Assembly (NCBI GenBank): GCA_016196065.1 | Contig: JACPYL010000018.1 | Coordinates: forward strand, 182,185 to 246,184 | Reading direction: 5' to 3' | DNA from: Acidobacteriota bacterium | GTDB taxonomy: Bacteria > Acidobacteriota > Terriglobia > Terriglobales > Acidobacteriaceae | Length of the DNA stretch: 64,000 nt | Shown here: piece after piece, positions 18,165-26,823 of the stretch | How the letters are laid out: each line of letters starts with the position of its first letter | Position numbering within the stretch: position 1 is the first letter of the stretch | Notes under the pieces: generated by a model | Databases searched by the model: none | Told to the model about the DNA's origin: nothing | Seen by the model: the letters and a program-made list of their open reading frames with translations, nothing else | Translations under genes and position numbers: made by a program

Positions 18165-20549
18165 ATGAGCATTGCCGAAAAATTTGCAACCATGGAATAC
18201 GGTCCCGCCCCCGAGGATCCGAAAGAAGCCGTTGCCTGGCTCGATCGACACGGACGGCGCTTCGCGCACTTCATCAACGGCGCATGGCAGAAACCGTCGG
18301 CAGATGGATACTTCGACACCTTCGATCCTTCGAACGGAGAGAAACTCGCCTCCCTGGCGCAGGGATCCAGTGCAGACGTGGACGCCGCGGTGAAAGCTGC
18401 ACGAGCAGCGTCCCCGAAATGGCAAGCGCTTACGCCCCACATTCGGGCGCGCTATTTGTACGCAATTGCGCGACAGATTCAGAAACATTCGCGGCTGTTC
18501 GCTGTCCTCGAAACAATGGATAACGGCAAAACGATCCGCGAAAGCCGCGACATCGACATTCCATTGGTTGCTCGACATTTCTATCATCACGCCGGTTGGG
18601 CACAGTTGCTGGAGCAGGAGTTCCCTGACTACGCTGCCTGTGGAGTCATCGGACAGATCATTCCCTGGAATTTCCCTCTGCTGATGCTGGCATGGAAAAT
18701 TGCGCCCGCTTTGGCTACCGGGAACACGGTCGTGTTGAAACCTGCTGAATTCACAACTCTCACCGCACTGTTGTTCGCCGAGGTCTGCCAGGAAGTTGGA
18801 CTGCCAGCGGGAGTGGTGAACATCGTGACGGGCGACGGTTCCACCGGCGAAGCGCTCGTGAAGCATCCCGATCTCGACAAGATCGCATTCACGGGTTCGA
18901 CCGAAGTGGGACGCGCGATCCGCTCGGCCACCGCCTCCAGCCACAAACGACTGTCCCTCGAGTTGGGAGGCAAGTCTCCCTTCATTATTTTCGAGGACGC
19001 GGACCTCGACGGCGCAGTCGAAGGACTGGTCGATGGAATCTGGTTCAACCAAGGACAAGTCTGTTGCGCTGGATCGCGCCTGCTCGTGCAAGAGAGTGTC
19101 GCCGAAACGCTAATCTCCAAAGTGCGAGACCGTATGAGCACTTTGCGGCTCGGATCGCCACTCGACAAAGGCATCGACATCGGCCCGATCGTCGCTCGGG
19201 TACAACTGGAACGAATTCGCAAACTGGTTGACCAGGGAGTCGCTGAAGGAGCGACTTGCTGGCAACCGCCAACCATATTGCCGGAGGGCGGTTTTTACTA
19301 TCCGCCGACTTTGCTGAGTAATGTCCATCCCACTTCGATCGTCGCGCAGCAGGAGATCTTCGGACCGGTTTTAGCGACGATGACCTTCCGCACTCCACGA
19401 GAAGCGGTAGAACTGGCGAACAACACGGTCTACGGACTGGCCGCCTGCGTCTGGAGTGAAAGTATTAACGTGGCATTGCAGACAGCGGCACAGTTGAAAG
19501 CCGGCGTCGTGTGGGTGAATTGCACCAACCTGTTTGACGCAGCCTGCGGATTTGGAGGCTATCGAGAAAGCGGTTACGGACGCGAAGGTGGGCGCGAGGG
19601 CTTGCTCGAATACCTGGAACCGAAGTGGTTCAAGAGTACCCCGGTTCTGCCAGTGGCGAAGACTCCGGATGCGACTGCTCACGAGAAGGCAGCTGACACT
19701 AGCGTTCCCGCCATTGATCGCACGGTGAAACTCTATATCGGTGGCAAGCAGGCTCGTCCGGATTCCGGATACAGCATGCAGGTTCGCGGCACGGACGGAA
19801 GCCTGTTGGGAGAAGCTCCGCTCGGCAACCGGAAAGATATCCGCAACGCTGTGGAAGCCGCCCGCAAAGCTGACGGTTGGGCAAAGACGACGGCCCACAA
19901 TCGCGCCCAGGTGCTCTACTACAGCGCCGAGAATCTCTCGCAAAGACGCGATGAGATTGCGCGTCGTCTCGCGGCGGTAGTCGGAGAAAAACAAGCCAAC
20001 GCAGAAGTCACCCTCGGCATTGAGCGCATCTTCTCCTATGCTGCATGGGCGGACAAATTCGATGGCGCCGTGCACAATCCGCCGTTTCGCAATATTGCCA
20101 TCGCCATGCATGAGGCGATTGGAACGATTGGCGTGATCTGTCCGAGCGAAGCGCCTCTGCTGGGATTTCTTTCCTTAGTTATGCCGGCACTCGCAGTGGG
20201 GAACACTGTGATCGCGATCCCGTCAGAACGGTATCCGCTGATCACTGGCGATCTTTACCAGCTTTTCGACACCAGCGATCTGCCGGGCGGCGCGGTCAAC
20301 ATCGTGACTGGCTATGCGTCGCAACTCTTAAAGACAATCGCGGAGCATGATGACGTCGACGCGATCTGGTGCTTTGGCGACGAGACACAGGCGGCGGCAG
20401 CTAAATCGGCTTCCATCGGGAACCTCAAACAAGTATTCACCAACGAGGGCCGCGCCATCGACTGGTTCAATCCCAAACTGGCCGAAGGACGCTGGTTTCT
20501 CGAGCACGCGACCCAGGTAAAAAACATCTGGGTTCCCTACGGCGAATAG
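18165..20549 (+). CDS. two-domain aldehyde dehydrogenase (complete ALDH + C-terminal truncated ALDH-like domain)
   Basis: True start is taken at ATG 18165 (MSIAEKFATMEYGP). The track ORF start at 17682 overlaps deoC out of frame. Domain 1 has IIPWNFPLLM, ELGGKSP (catalytic Glu) and NQGQVCCAGSR (catalytic Cys). From about nt 19716 a second ALDH-like N-terminal/NAD-binding half begins (VICPSEAPLLGF..ALAVGNTVIAIPSE..GGAVNIVTG). It ends before any catalytic Cys region. Confidence 0.85.
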   Translation: MSIAEKFATMEYGPAPEDPKEAVAWLDRHGRRFAHFINGAWQKPSADGYFDTFDPSNGEKLASLAQGSSADVDAAVKAARAASPKWQALTPHIRARYLYAIARQIQKHSRLFAVLETMDNGKTIRESRDIDIPLVARHFYHHAGWAQLLEQEFPDYAACGVIGQIIPWNFPLLMLAWKIAPALATGNTVVLKPAEFTTLTALLFAEVCQEVGLPAGVVNIVTGDGSTGEALVKHPDLDKIAFTGSTEVGRAIRSATASSHKRLSLELGGKSPFIIFEDADLDGAVEGLVDGIWFNQGQVCCAGSRLLVQESVAETLISKVRDRMSTLRLGSPLDKGIDIGPIVARVQLERIRKLVDQGVAEGATCWQPPTILPEGGFYYPPTLLSNVHPTSIVAQQEIFGPVLATMTFRTPREAVELANNTVYGLAACVWSESINVALQTAAQLKAGVVWVNCTNLFDAACGFGGYRESGYGREGGREGLLEYLEPKWFKSTPVLPVAKTPDATAHEKAADTSVPAIDRTVKLYIGGKQARPDSGYSMQVRGTDGSLLGEAPLGNRKDIRNAVEAARKADGWAKTTAHNRAQVLYYSAENLSQRRDEIARRLAAVVGEKQANAEVTLGIERIFSYAAWADKFDGAVHNPPFRNIAIAMHEAIGTIGVICPSEAPLLGFLSLVMPALAVGNTVIAIPSERYPLITGDLYQLFDTSDLPGGAVNIVTGYASQLLKTIAEHDDVDAIWCFGDETQAAAAKSASIGNLKQVFTNEGRAIDWFNPKLAEGRWFLEHATQVKNIWVPYGE

Positions 20550-20554
20550 CGCAC

Positions 20555-21235
20555 ATGAAGGCTACCGTCACTCCCCGGGTAAAGATCTGCTGTATCAGCA
20601 GCAAGGAAGAAGCGGCTCTGGCCATCGAGTGCGGCGCCTCCGCGCTGGGATTGGTCTCTCACATGCCAAGCGGGCCGGGCGTCATCACGGATCAGCAAAT
20701 TGCAGAGATTGCCGCCACGGTTCCTCCCCCGATTGCAACGTTCCTGCTGACCTCGCGACAGAGCATCAGTGAAATCATCTCTCAGCAACAATTCTGCCGC
20801 ACCAACTGCATTCAAATCTGCGACCACCTGACCGGCGGCACCCATCGAGAACTTAAAGATGCTTTGCCGGGAATTTCCATCATTCAGGTTGTTCATGTCG
20901 TGGGCCCCGAATCGGTGGAGGAAGCCTGTACCGCTGCGCGCTACGCCGACGCGATCTTGCTTGACTCAGGCAATCAGAAACTTGCAGTGAAAGAGCTCGG
21001 CGGCACCGGGAAGACCCATGACTGGAAATTCAGCAAGATGATTCGAGAGCGAATCGATGTCCCGCTTTTCCTTGCTGGTGGCCTAACGCCCGAGAACGTT
21101 GCCCAGGCGATTCAGGAGGTTGGACCATTCGGACTGGACCTCTGTTCCAGCGTGCGAAGCAGCGGCAAACTCGACGAGACGAAGCTTCGGCGCTTCTTCG
21201 CTGCGGTGCAGGGCGTCACCGCCCCGGCCTGTTGA
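20555..21235 (+). CDS. phosphoribosylanthranilate-isomerase (TrpF)-family protein
   Basis: VKICCISS corresponds to the TrpF KICGIT motif (catalytic Cys retained). LLDSG....LGGTGKTHDW corresponds to LDs..GGtGk.fdW. FLAGGLTPENV is also present. It is not next to other trp genes here. Confidence 0.7.
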   Translation: MKATVTPRVKICCISSKEEAALAIECGASALGLVSHMPSGPGVITDQQIAEIAATVPPPIATFLLTSRQSISEIISQQQFCRTNCIQICDHLTGGTHRELKDALPGISIIQVVHVVGPESVEEACTAARYADAILLDSGNQKLAVKELGGTGKTHDWKFSKMIRERIDVPLFLAGGLTPENVAQAIQEVGPFGLDLCSSVRSSGKLDETKLRRFFAAVQGVTAPAC

Positions 21236-21291
21236 CACCCGTATCTGCTCTGGCTAAACTCGCCGTTCGCGATCTGGAGTAACAGAAAAAT

Positions 21292-22227
21292 ATGGCAAAG
21301 CGTCCGCGTATTGCAGTGGTAGGAAGTGCCAACGTCGACCTGACTACGTTCACCGACCAGTTCCCCAAGCCGGGAGAAACAATCTTTGGCCAGAAATTTG
21401 ATATGGGATTCGGTGGCAAGGGCGCCAATCAGGCCGTCGCCGCCCGACTCTGTGGCTCCGATGTTTTCATGGTCGCACGCGTTGGTGATGACCTATTCGG
21501 ACCCGCAACGATCAAGAATTTTGAAAAATTAGGTATCGATGCGTCACAGGTAAAACAGGTCGCCGGCCTGTCAAGCGGTGTGGCTCCGATCTTTGTTGAT
21601 CCCGCCGGACAGAATCGGATTTTGGTCGTCAAAGGAGCCAACGACGCCCTAAAACCGGCGGACGTGGATTCCGCAGCCGACGTCCTGAAGAGCGCCGACT
21701 GCATCGTCCTGCAATTTGAAATACCACTGGAAACTGTCTACTACACCATCAAGTTCGCGCGTAAGAATGGCATTCGCTGCCTCCTCAATCCAGCCCCAGC
21801 GCAACCCATCGACGTCAAAGCGATCGCCGATCTTGATTACTTTGTCCCGAACGAAAGCGAAGCGGAAACGATTACCGGGATGCCGGTGAAGAATGTGGAC
21901 GACGCGAAGAAGTGCGCGCAGAAGCTTCTGGCAGGTGGAATCCGCCGCGTCATTATCACGCTCGGCGCAAATGGCTCGCTGCTCGCCGGAAGTGAAGGCA
22001 TGGAACACGTACCTGCATTCACGATGAAAAGCGTGGACAGCACTGGAGCGGGAGACGCGTTTATTGGCAGCTTCGCCACCTTTCTTGGTGAAGGCCTGCC
22101 CGAGCGGGAGGCCGTCCGGCGCGCCAACCTGTACGCAGGACTATCCACGACTGGTGTCGGCACGCAAAAGTCGTTTTACGACCGGGCGCGCTTCGACCAG
22201 GAGTGGTCAGCAAGATCGAAGTCCTGA
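21292..22227 (+). CDS. rbsK: PfkB-family ribokinase (second copy; could be a deoxyribokinase)
   Basis: Motifs are GGKGANQAVAAARLG, NESEAE and DSTGAGDAFIGSFA. Length is 311 aa. Confidence 0.85.
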   Translation: MAKRPRIAVVGSANVDLTTFTDQFPKPGETIFGQKFDMGFGGKGANQAVAARLCGSDVFMVARVGDDLFGPATIKNFEKLGIDASQVKQVAGLSSGVAPIFVDPAGQNRILVVKGANDALKPADVDSAADVLKSADCIVLQFEIPLETVYYTIKFARKNGIRCLLNPAPAQPIDVKAIADLDYFVPNESEAETITGMPVKNVDDAKKCAQKLLAGGIRRVIITLGANGSLLAGSEGMEHVPAFTMKSVDSTGAGDAFIGSFATFLGEGLPEREAVRRANLYAGLSTTGVGTQKSFYDRARFDQEWSARSKS

Positions 22228-22239
22228 GGCACGCATTCC

Positions 22240-23358
22240 ATGAAACGGGTTGCCATAGCGTTTTTTCTCACCGCTGTCTTATGTCTGCCCACGTACGTCT
22301 TCGCACAGAAACAAATAAAAATCATTGCTGATCAAGATAGTGCGGGTCCGGAGGGAACGAATTTTCTTTCCTTGCTCATGTTGTTGCGAGCGCCGCAAGT
22401 GGACCTGCTTGGCATCACCACGGTAAGCGGAGATCAATGGATGGAGCCTGCCACAGTTTTTGCGTTGTGGGCTACGGAGATTACCGGACGAGCCGACGTA
22501 CCTGTAGTCAAGGGCGCGGAGCGTCCGCTAGTGAATAGTCAGCGCGAGCAGGAAGCCCGTGAACATCTTTTCGGCTCGTACCTTGCCTGGCACGGCTCGT
22601 TTAATCCTGACGCTCCACCGCCGAAGGAGACATGGGCGCCTCCCGGCGGCTATCCAAAGGTGAAGCCGAAACCCGGGCGGGCTGCGGACTTCCTCATCGA
22701 TACGATCCGTGCTCATCCTGGCGAAGTGGTCCTCTACTGCGCCGGTCCGCTCACTAACATCGCGCTCGCCGTTTCCATGGACCACGACATTGTTCCGCTC
22801 ACCAAGGCAATTTACATCATGGGCGGAAGCAGTGCCGGCGGCTCGGAGCTGAACTGGTGGTGGGATCCGGAAGCAGCCGCCATCGTGCTTCGCCAGCCTT
22901 GGAAAGAAATTGTGATCACGCCCTTTGAGGCGGGTGAACAGATTTGGTCGAGCGAGAATTTGATGAAGAGAGTAGTAAGTGCCGGTGGCCCTCTTGCAAA
23001 TCACGTCAAGCAGGTTTATCTCGACCGTGAACCGCCGCCCGGAACCTCCATGTGGTCGATGATGTGGGACGAACTCACAGTGGCGTCGATCCTCGATCCC
23101 TCAGTGATAGAAAAGTCCGAGACGATGTACCTTGACGTGGATATCACGCATGGGCCGAAGTATGGACACACGGTAGTGTGGAAGCCCTCGGATGAAGTTC
23201 CACAATTCTTCCTCGCCTACAGCGGGCCACGTCCCGTCGATAAGGAAAAATGGAAGGCTCATCTGACGCCGCCCGAGCAATTGCATCCAGCTAGCGTGCA
23301 AATGAAAGTGGACACACAGAAGTTTGAGAAGATCTTTGTAAACTTAATGAGCCACTAG
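22240..23358 (+). CDS. exported nucleoside hydrolase-like protein, most divergent N-terminal motif (DQD..GP..TN)
   Basis: Leader MKRVAIAFFLTAVLCLPTYVFAQ. Motifs are IIADQDSAGPEGTN (nt 22330-22362), SELNWWWDPEAA and MWDELTVASILDP. Confidence 0.8.
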   Translation: MKRVAIAFFLTAVLCLPTYVFAQKQIKIIADQDSAGPEGTNFLSLLMLLRAPQVDLLGITTVSGDQWMEPATVFALWATEITGRADVPVVKGAERPLVNSQREQEAREHLFGSYLAWHGSFNPDAPPPKETWAPPGGYPKVKPKPGRAADFLIDTIRAHPGEVVLYCAGPLTNIALAVSMDHDIVPLTKAIYIMGGSSAGGSELNWWWDPEAAAIVLRQPWKEIVITPFEAGEQIWSSENLMKRVVSAGGPLANHVKQVYLDREPPPGTSMWSMMWDELTVASILDPSVIEKSETMYLDVDITHGPKYGHTVVWKPSDEVPQFFLAYSGPRPVDKEKWKAHLTPPEQLHPASVQMKVDTQKFEKIFVNLMSH

Positions 23359-23364
23359 GTAGAT

Positions 23365-24330
23365 ATGCAGCGCGCCTTCCTGATCGATACCGACACTGCT
23401 TCTGACGACGCCGTTGCAATCATCATGGCATTGCGTGCGCCCGATGTCCGCGTCGTCGCGATCACAACCGTTGCCGGTAACGTCGACGTTCAGCAGTCCA
23501 CCCGCAATGCGCTCTACACAGCGGAACTTTGCGGCTCCGATGTGCCTGTATATACAGGCGCGGACAAACCGTTGCTTCGCCGTTACGAAAATGCAACCTG
23601 GTTCCACGGACGCGACGGCCTGGGCGATCACGGATATCCTCCCCCGCGTCGGGCCGCGGGTAAATTGCATGCGGTCGATGCCATCATCGAAGCGGTCGAA
23701 GCGAATCCTGGGATTGTGATTGTGACGCTCGCGCCTCTCACGAATCTCGCGCTGGCGGTCGCAAAGAGACCAGACATTGTTTCGAAAGTAGGACGCTGCG
23801 TCGTGATGGGCGGTGCCCCGTGTTGCGAAGGAAATGTGACGCCGGCGGCGGAATACAACATCTGGGTCGATCCTGAAGCTGCGCGAATCGTGATGTTGAC
23901 TGGCCTGCCCATCGAACTCATCGGTTGGCATTTGAGTCGCGGAGATTCCGTGGCCGGGGAAGACGACATCGCGCAGATTCAGAAACTAAATACGCCCCTT
24001 GCGCACTTTGCGATCGAATCCAACAGTCACGCACGTACCGCTTACAAGATACAAACAGGCGAAGACGGGATTTCACTGCCTGATCCCGTCGCGATGTGTA
24101 TTGCGCTTGATCCGACTGTTGGAACCGAATGGAGCGACCACTACGTAGAGGTCGAGACGCAAAGCGAACTCACACGCGGTATGACCGTGGTCGATCGTCT
24201 CGACAAGGCCAACGACGAGCGCAATCAGTCCGTCTGGGCCGACGCGGTACGCAATGCTCCCAAGGCCAAGGTGTGCTGGACCATCGACACAAAACTCTGG
24301 AAGAACGCTCTGCTTTCGGCGCTCCGCTGA
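23365..24330 (+). CDS. cytoplasmic nucleoside hydrolase (canonical IUNH motif, no leader)
   Basis: It starts directly with MQRAFLIDTDTASDDAVAI. Other motifs are AEYNIWVDPEAA and LPDPVAMCIALDP. It lies 6 nt after the preceding exported paralogue. Confidence 0.9.
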   Translation: MQRAFLIDTDTASDDAVAIIMALRAPDVRVVAITTVAGNVDVQQSTRNALYTAELCGSDVPVYTGADKPLLRRYENATWFHGRDGLGDHGYPPPRRAAGKLHAVDAIIEAVEANPGIVIVTLAPLTNLALAVAKRPDIVSKVGRCVVMGGAPCCEGNVTPAAEYNIWVDPEAARIVMLTGLPIELIGWHLSRGDSVAGEDDIAQIQKLNTPLAHFAIESNSHARTAYKIQTGEDGISLPDPVAMCIALDPTVGTEWSDHYVEVETQSELTRGMTVVDRLDKANDERNQSVWADAVRNAPKAKVCWTIDTKLWKNALLSALR

Positions 24331-24372
24331 TTTGCGCTTCTGATATATTGACTCTCTCTCGGAGGTGCTTCC

Positions 24373-25257
24373 ATGTCCCGTATCGTGCGCTGTGGACTCA
24401 TCCAGGCAACCAATGCGCTCGGCGGCAACCGTCCATTGGCTGAAATCAAAAAAGCCATGATCGACAAGCACCTCAAGTTGATCGAACAGGCTGCCAGGAA
24501 AAAAGTGCGCGTGCTCTGCCTGCAGGAACTGTTCTATGGTCCTTATTTTTGCGCCGAACAGAATATTCGCTGGTACGAGATGACGGAGCGCGTTCCCGGC
24601 GGACCAACCACGAAACTGATGCAGCAGATTGCTGCCAGGCACGGCATGGTGATCGTGGTTCCGGTATATGAAGAGCAGATGCCCGGGCTGTATTTCAACA
24701 CCGCTGCCGTCATCGACGCGGATGGCACTTACCTGGGCAAATATCGCAAGCACCACATCCCGCACGTGCATCCCGGATTTTGGGAAAAATTCTATTTCAC
24801 TCCCGGAGATTCGGGCTATCCAGTCTTCAATACGAAATTCGCTCGCGTCGGAGTGTACATCTGTTACGACCGCCATTTTCCCGAAGGAGCCCGCGCGCTG
24901 GGGATGAACGGCGCGGAAATTGTCTTCAATCCTTCCGCAACCGTTGCGGGACTCTCCGAGCACCTGTGGGAACTCGAACAGCCGGCGCATGCGGTGGCCA
25001 ACGGATATTTTGTCGGCGCAATCAATCGCGTCGGCCGCGAAAAGCCGTGGAATATCGGCGAGTTCTATGGCAAAAGTTACTTCTGCAATCCGCGTGGCCA
25101 GATCTTCGCCCAGGCGAGCCGCAACAAGGACGAAGTGCTGGTCGCGGACGTTGATCTCGACATGATTGGCGAAGTCCGAAAGACGTGGCAGTTCTACCGC
25201 GACCGGAGACCGGAGACGTATGGGGCGTTGACGGCGCAGAGCGGGTCCACGGATTGA
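24373..25257 (+). CDS. carbon-nitrogen hydrolase: beta-ureidopropionase / N-carbamoyl-amino-acid amidohydrolase
   Basis: Nitrilase-superfamily Glu-Lys-Cys triad context: LCLQELF, KYRKHHIP and VYICYDRHFPE. Length is 294 aa. Confidence 0.8.
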   Translation: MSRIVRCGLIQATNALGGNRPLAEIKKAMIDKHLKLIEQAARKKVRVLCLQELFYGPYFCAEQNIRWYEMTERVPGGPTTKLMQQIAARHGMVIVVPVYEEQMPGLYFNTAAVIDADGTYLGKYRKHHIPHVHPGFWEKFYFTPGDSGYPVFNTKFARVGVYICYDRHFPEGARALGMNGAEIVFNPSATVAGLSEHLWELEQPAHAVANGYFVGAINRVGREKPWNIGEFYGKSYFCNPRGQIFAQASRNKDEVLVADVDLDMIGEVRKTWQFYRDRRPETYGALTAQSGSTD

Positions 25258-25285
25258 CTGTGGGTAGAAATGAAGACTTTCAGAA

Positions 25286-25361
25286 CTGTCATCCCGAACG
25301 AAGGGAGGGATCTGCATTGTGCCGGTAAACTGCAGACTCCTTACTTCGCTCGGGATGACAG
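25286..25361. repeat. 76-nt extended imperfect palindrome (REP/MITE-like hairpin or terminator)
   Basis: CTGTCATCCCGAACGAAG (25286-25303) pairs with CTTCGCTCGGGATGACAG (25344-25361), 18 bp with 1 mismatch. Inner stems are GGAG/CTCC and TCTGCA/TGCAGA, with a 14-nt loop. It sits between the amidohydrolase stop and the NCS1 start. Confidence 0.6.
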
Positions 25362-25390
25362 TTCAATTTGGTTGAGCGACCAAAGCGCAT

Positions 25391-26800
25391 ATGCAGACAT
25401 CACCATCCCGCATTGAGTCCAGTCCGCTCTACAACCTTGACCTGGCGCCCGTTTCCGCGGAGCGCCGGACCTGGGGCACATACAGCTTCGCCGCGCTGTG
25501 GGTATCGATGTCGGTCAATATTCTTACCTACATGCTGGCCGCCAGCCTGATCCAGGGCGGGATGGACTGGAAGCAGGCAGTCGCAACGGTGTTTCTTGGC
25601 AACACGATTGTCCTCGTCCCGATGCTGTTGAATTCGCACCCGGGAGCACGCTACGGTATTCCCTTTCCAGTGCTCGCGCGCGCGTCGTTCGGCGTCCTGG
25701 GCGCAAATGTTGCCGCCGTGCTCCGCGCTTTCGTTGCCTGCGGATGGTTCGGCATTCAAACCTGGATCGGCGGCGAAGCCATCAACACGCTGATCACAAC
25801 CTTGTATCCGGCGTGGAGTAGCATCCCGCACGGCGCCGCGATCTGCTTCATGGCGTTCTGGCTGATCAACCTCGCCGTGATTCTCAAGGGCATTGAGTAC
25901 ATTCGATTTCTCCAAGGGATCAGCGCGCCGGTTCTTCTTGCCGTTGGAGTTCTGCTACTCGCTTGGGCCTATAAAACCGCGGGCGGATTTGGCCCGATGG
26001 TATCAGCCACTTCCCGCTTCGGGAGTTTCGCTGATTTCTTGAAATTCCTGATACCTGCCCTCAACGGCACCGTCGGATTCTGGGCGACCGTGTCTCTCAA
26101 CATCCCCGACTTCACCCGCTTCGCGCGCAGCCAGCGCCAACAGATCATCGGCCAGGCACTCGCCCTACCCGCCACCATGACGCTTTATTCGCTGATCGGC
26201 ATTCTGGTGACTTCGGCAACCGTGGTGATCTATGGAACCGCAATCTGGGATCCCGTCCAGTTGCTCAGCCGGTTTCATTCGCCGGTTGCGGTGGTGATTT
26301 CGTTGTTAGCCATCTTGCTGGCGACGTTGAACGTGAACATTGGCGCTAACGTGGTGTCACCGGCAAATGACTTCTCCAATCTGTGGCCACGCAAGATCAG
26401 CTTCCGCACCGGCGGCGTGATGACGTGCTTCATGGGAATCGCGCTCATGCCATGGAAACTGCTGGCCGACTATAGGACGTTCATCCTCGGCTGGCTGGGT
26501 GGCTACGCGGCATTCCTCGGCCCTGTCGCCGGGATCATGATCTGCGACTATTTCGTGATTCGACGTCGGGTTTTGCTGGTGGATGATCTCTATCTGCGCG
26601 GCGGCGCGTACGAATATTCTGGCGGCTTTAACTGGTTCGCGATCATCGCTCTGGCGGCGGGAGCGGGGACGGCGCTGATTGGCTTAGTCGTGCCGTCGGT
26701 GCGGGTGTTGTATGACTATTCGTGGTTCGTGGGTTTCGCGGTGTCGTTCTTTGTCTACTACAGCTTCATGAAATTATCGGCCCGAACGCTATCGCACTGA
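25391..26800 (+). CDS. NCS1-family nucleobase/hydantoin:cation symporter
   Basis: 469 aa with about 12 hydrophobic spans. The N-terminal region (NLDLAPV..ERRTWGTYSFAALWVSMSVNI) is typical of PucI/Mhp1/Fur-type NCS1 permeases. Confidence 0.8.
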   Translation: MQTSPSRIESSPLYNLDLAPVSAERRTWGTYSFAALWVSMSVNILTYMLAASLIQGGMDWKQAVATVFLGNTIVLVPMLLNSHPGARYGIPFPVLARASFGVLGANVAAVLRAFVACGWFGIQTWIGGEAINTLITTLYPAWSSIPHGAAICFMAFWLINLAVILKGIEYIRFLQGISAPVLLAVGVLLLAWAYKTAGGFGPMVSATSRFGSFADFLKFLIPALNGTVGFWATVSLNIPDFTRFARSQRQQIIGQALALPATMTLYSLIGILVTSATVVIYGTAIWDPVQLLSRFHSPVAVVISLLAILLATLNVNIGANVVSPANDFSNLWPRKISFRTGGVMTCFMGIALMPWKLLADYRTFILGWLGGYAAFLGPVAGIMICDYFVIRRRVLLVDDLYLRGGAYEYSGGFNWFAIIALAAGAGTALIGLVVPSVRVLYDYSWFVGFAVSFFVYYSFMKLSARTLSH

Positions 26801-26823
26801 GTCCTGCCAACACGCCCCAGCAC

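Noticed and set aside
18105-19091. 328-aa minus-strand ORF
   Set aside because: It is antisense to the ALDH catalytic domain. Shadow ORF.
24073-25317. 414-aa ORF on the minus strand covering the whole beta-ureidopropionase-like gene
   Set aside because: The plus-strand gene has a clear CN-hydrolase Glu/Lys/Cys signature. The antisense translation is Arg/Ala/Gly/His-rich with no motif or leader. It is a typical shadow ORF in GC-rich DNA.
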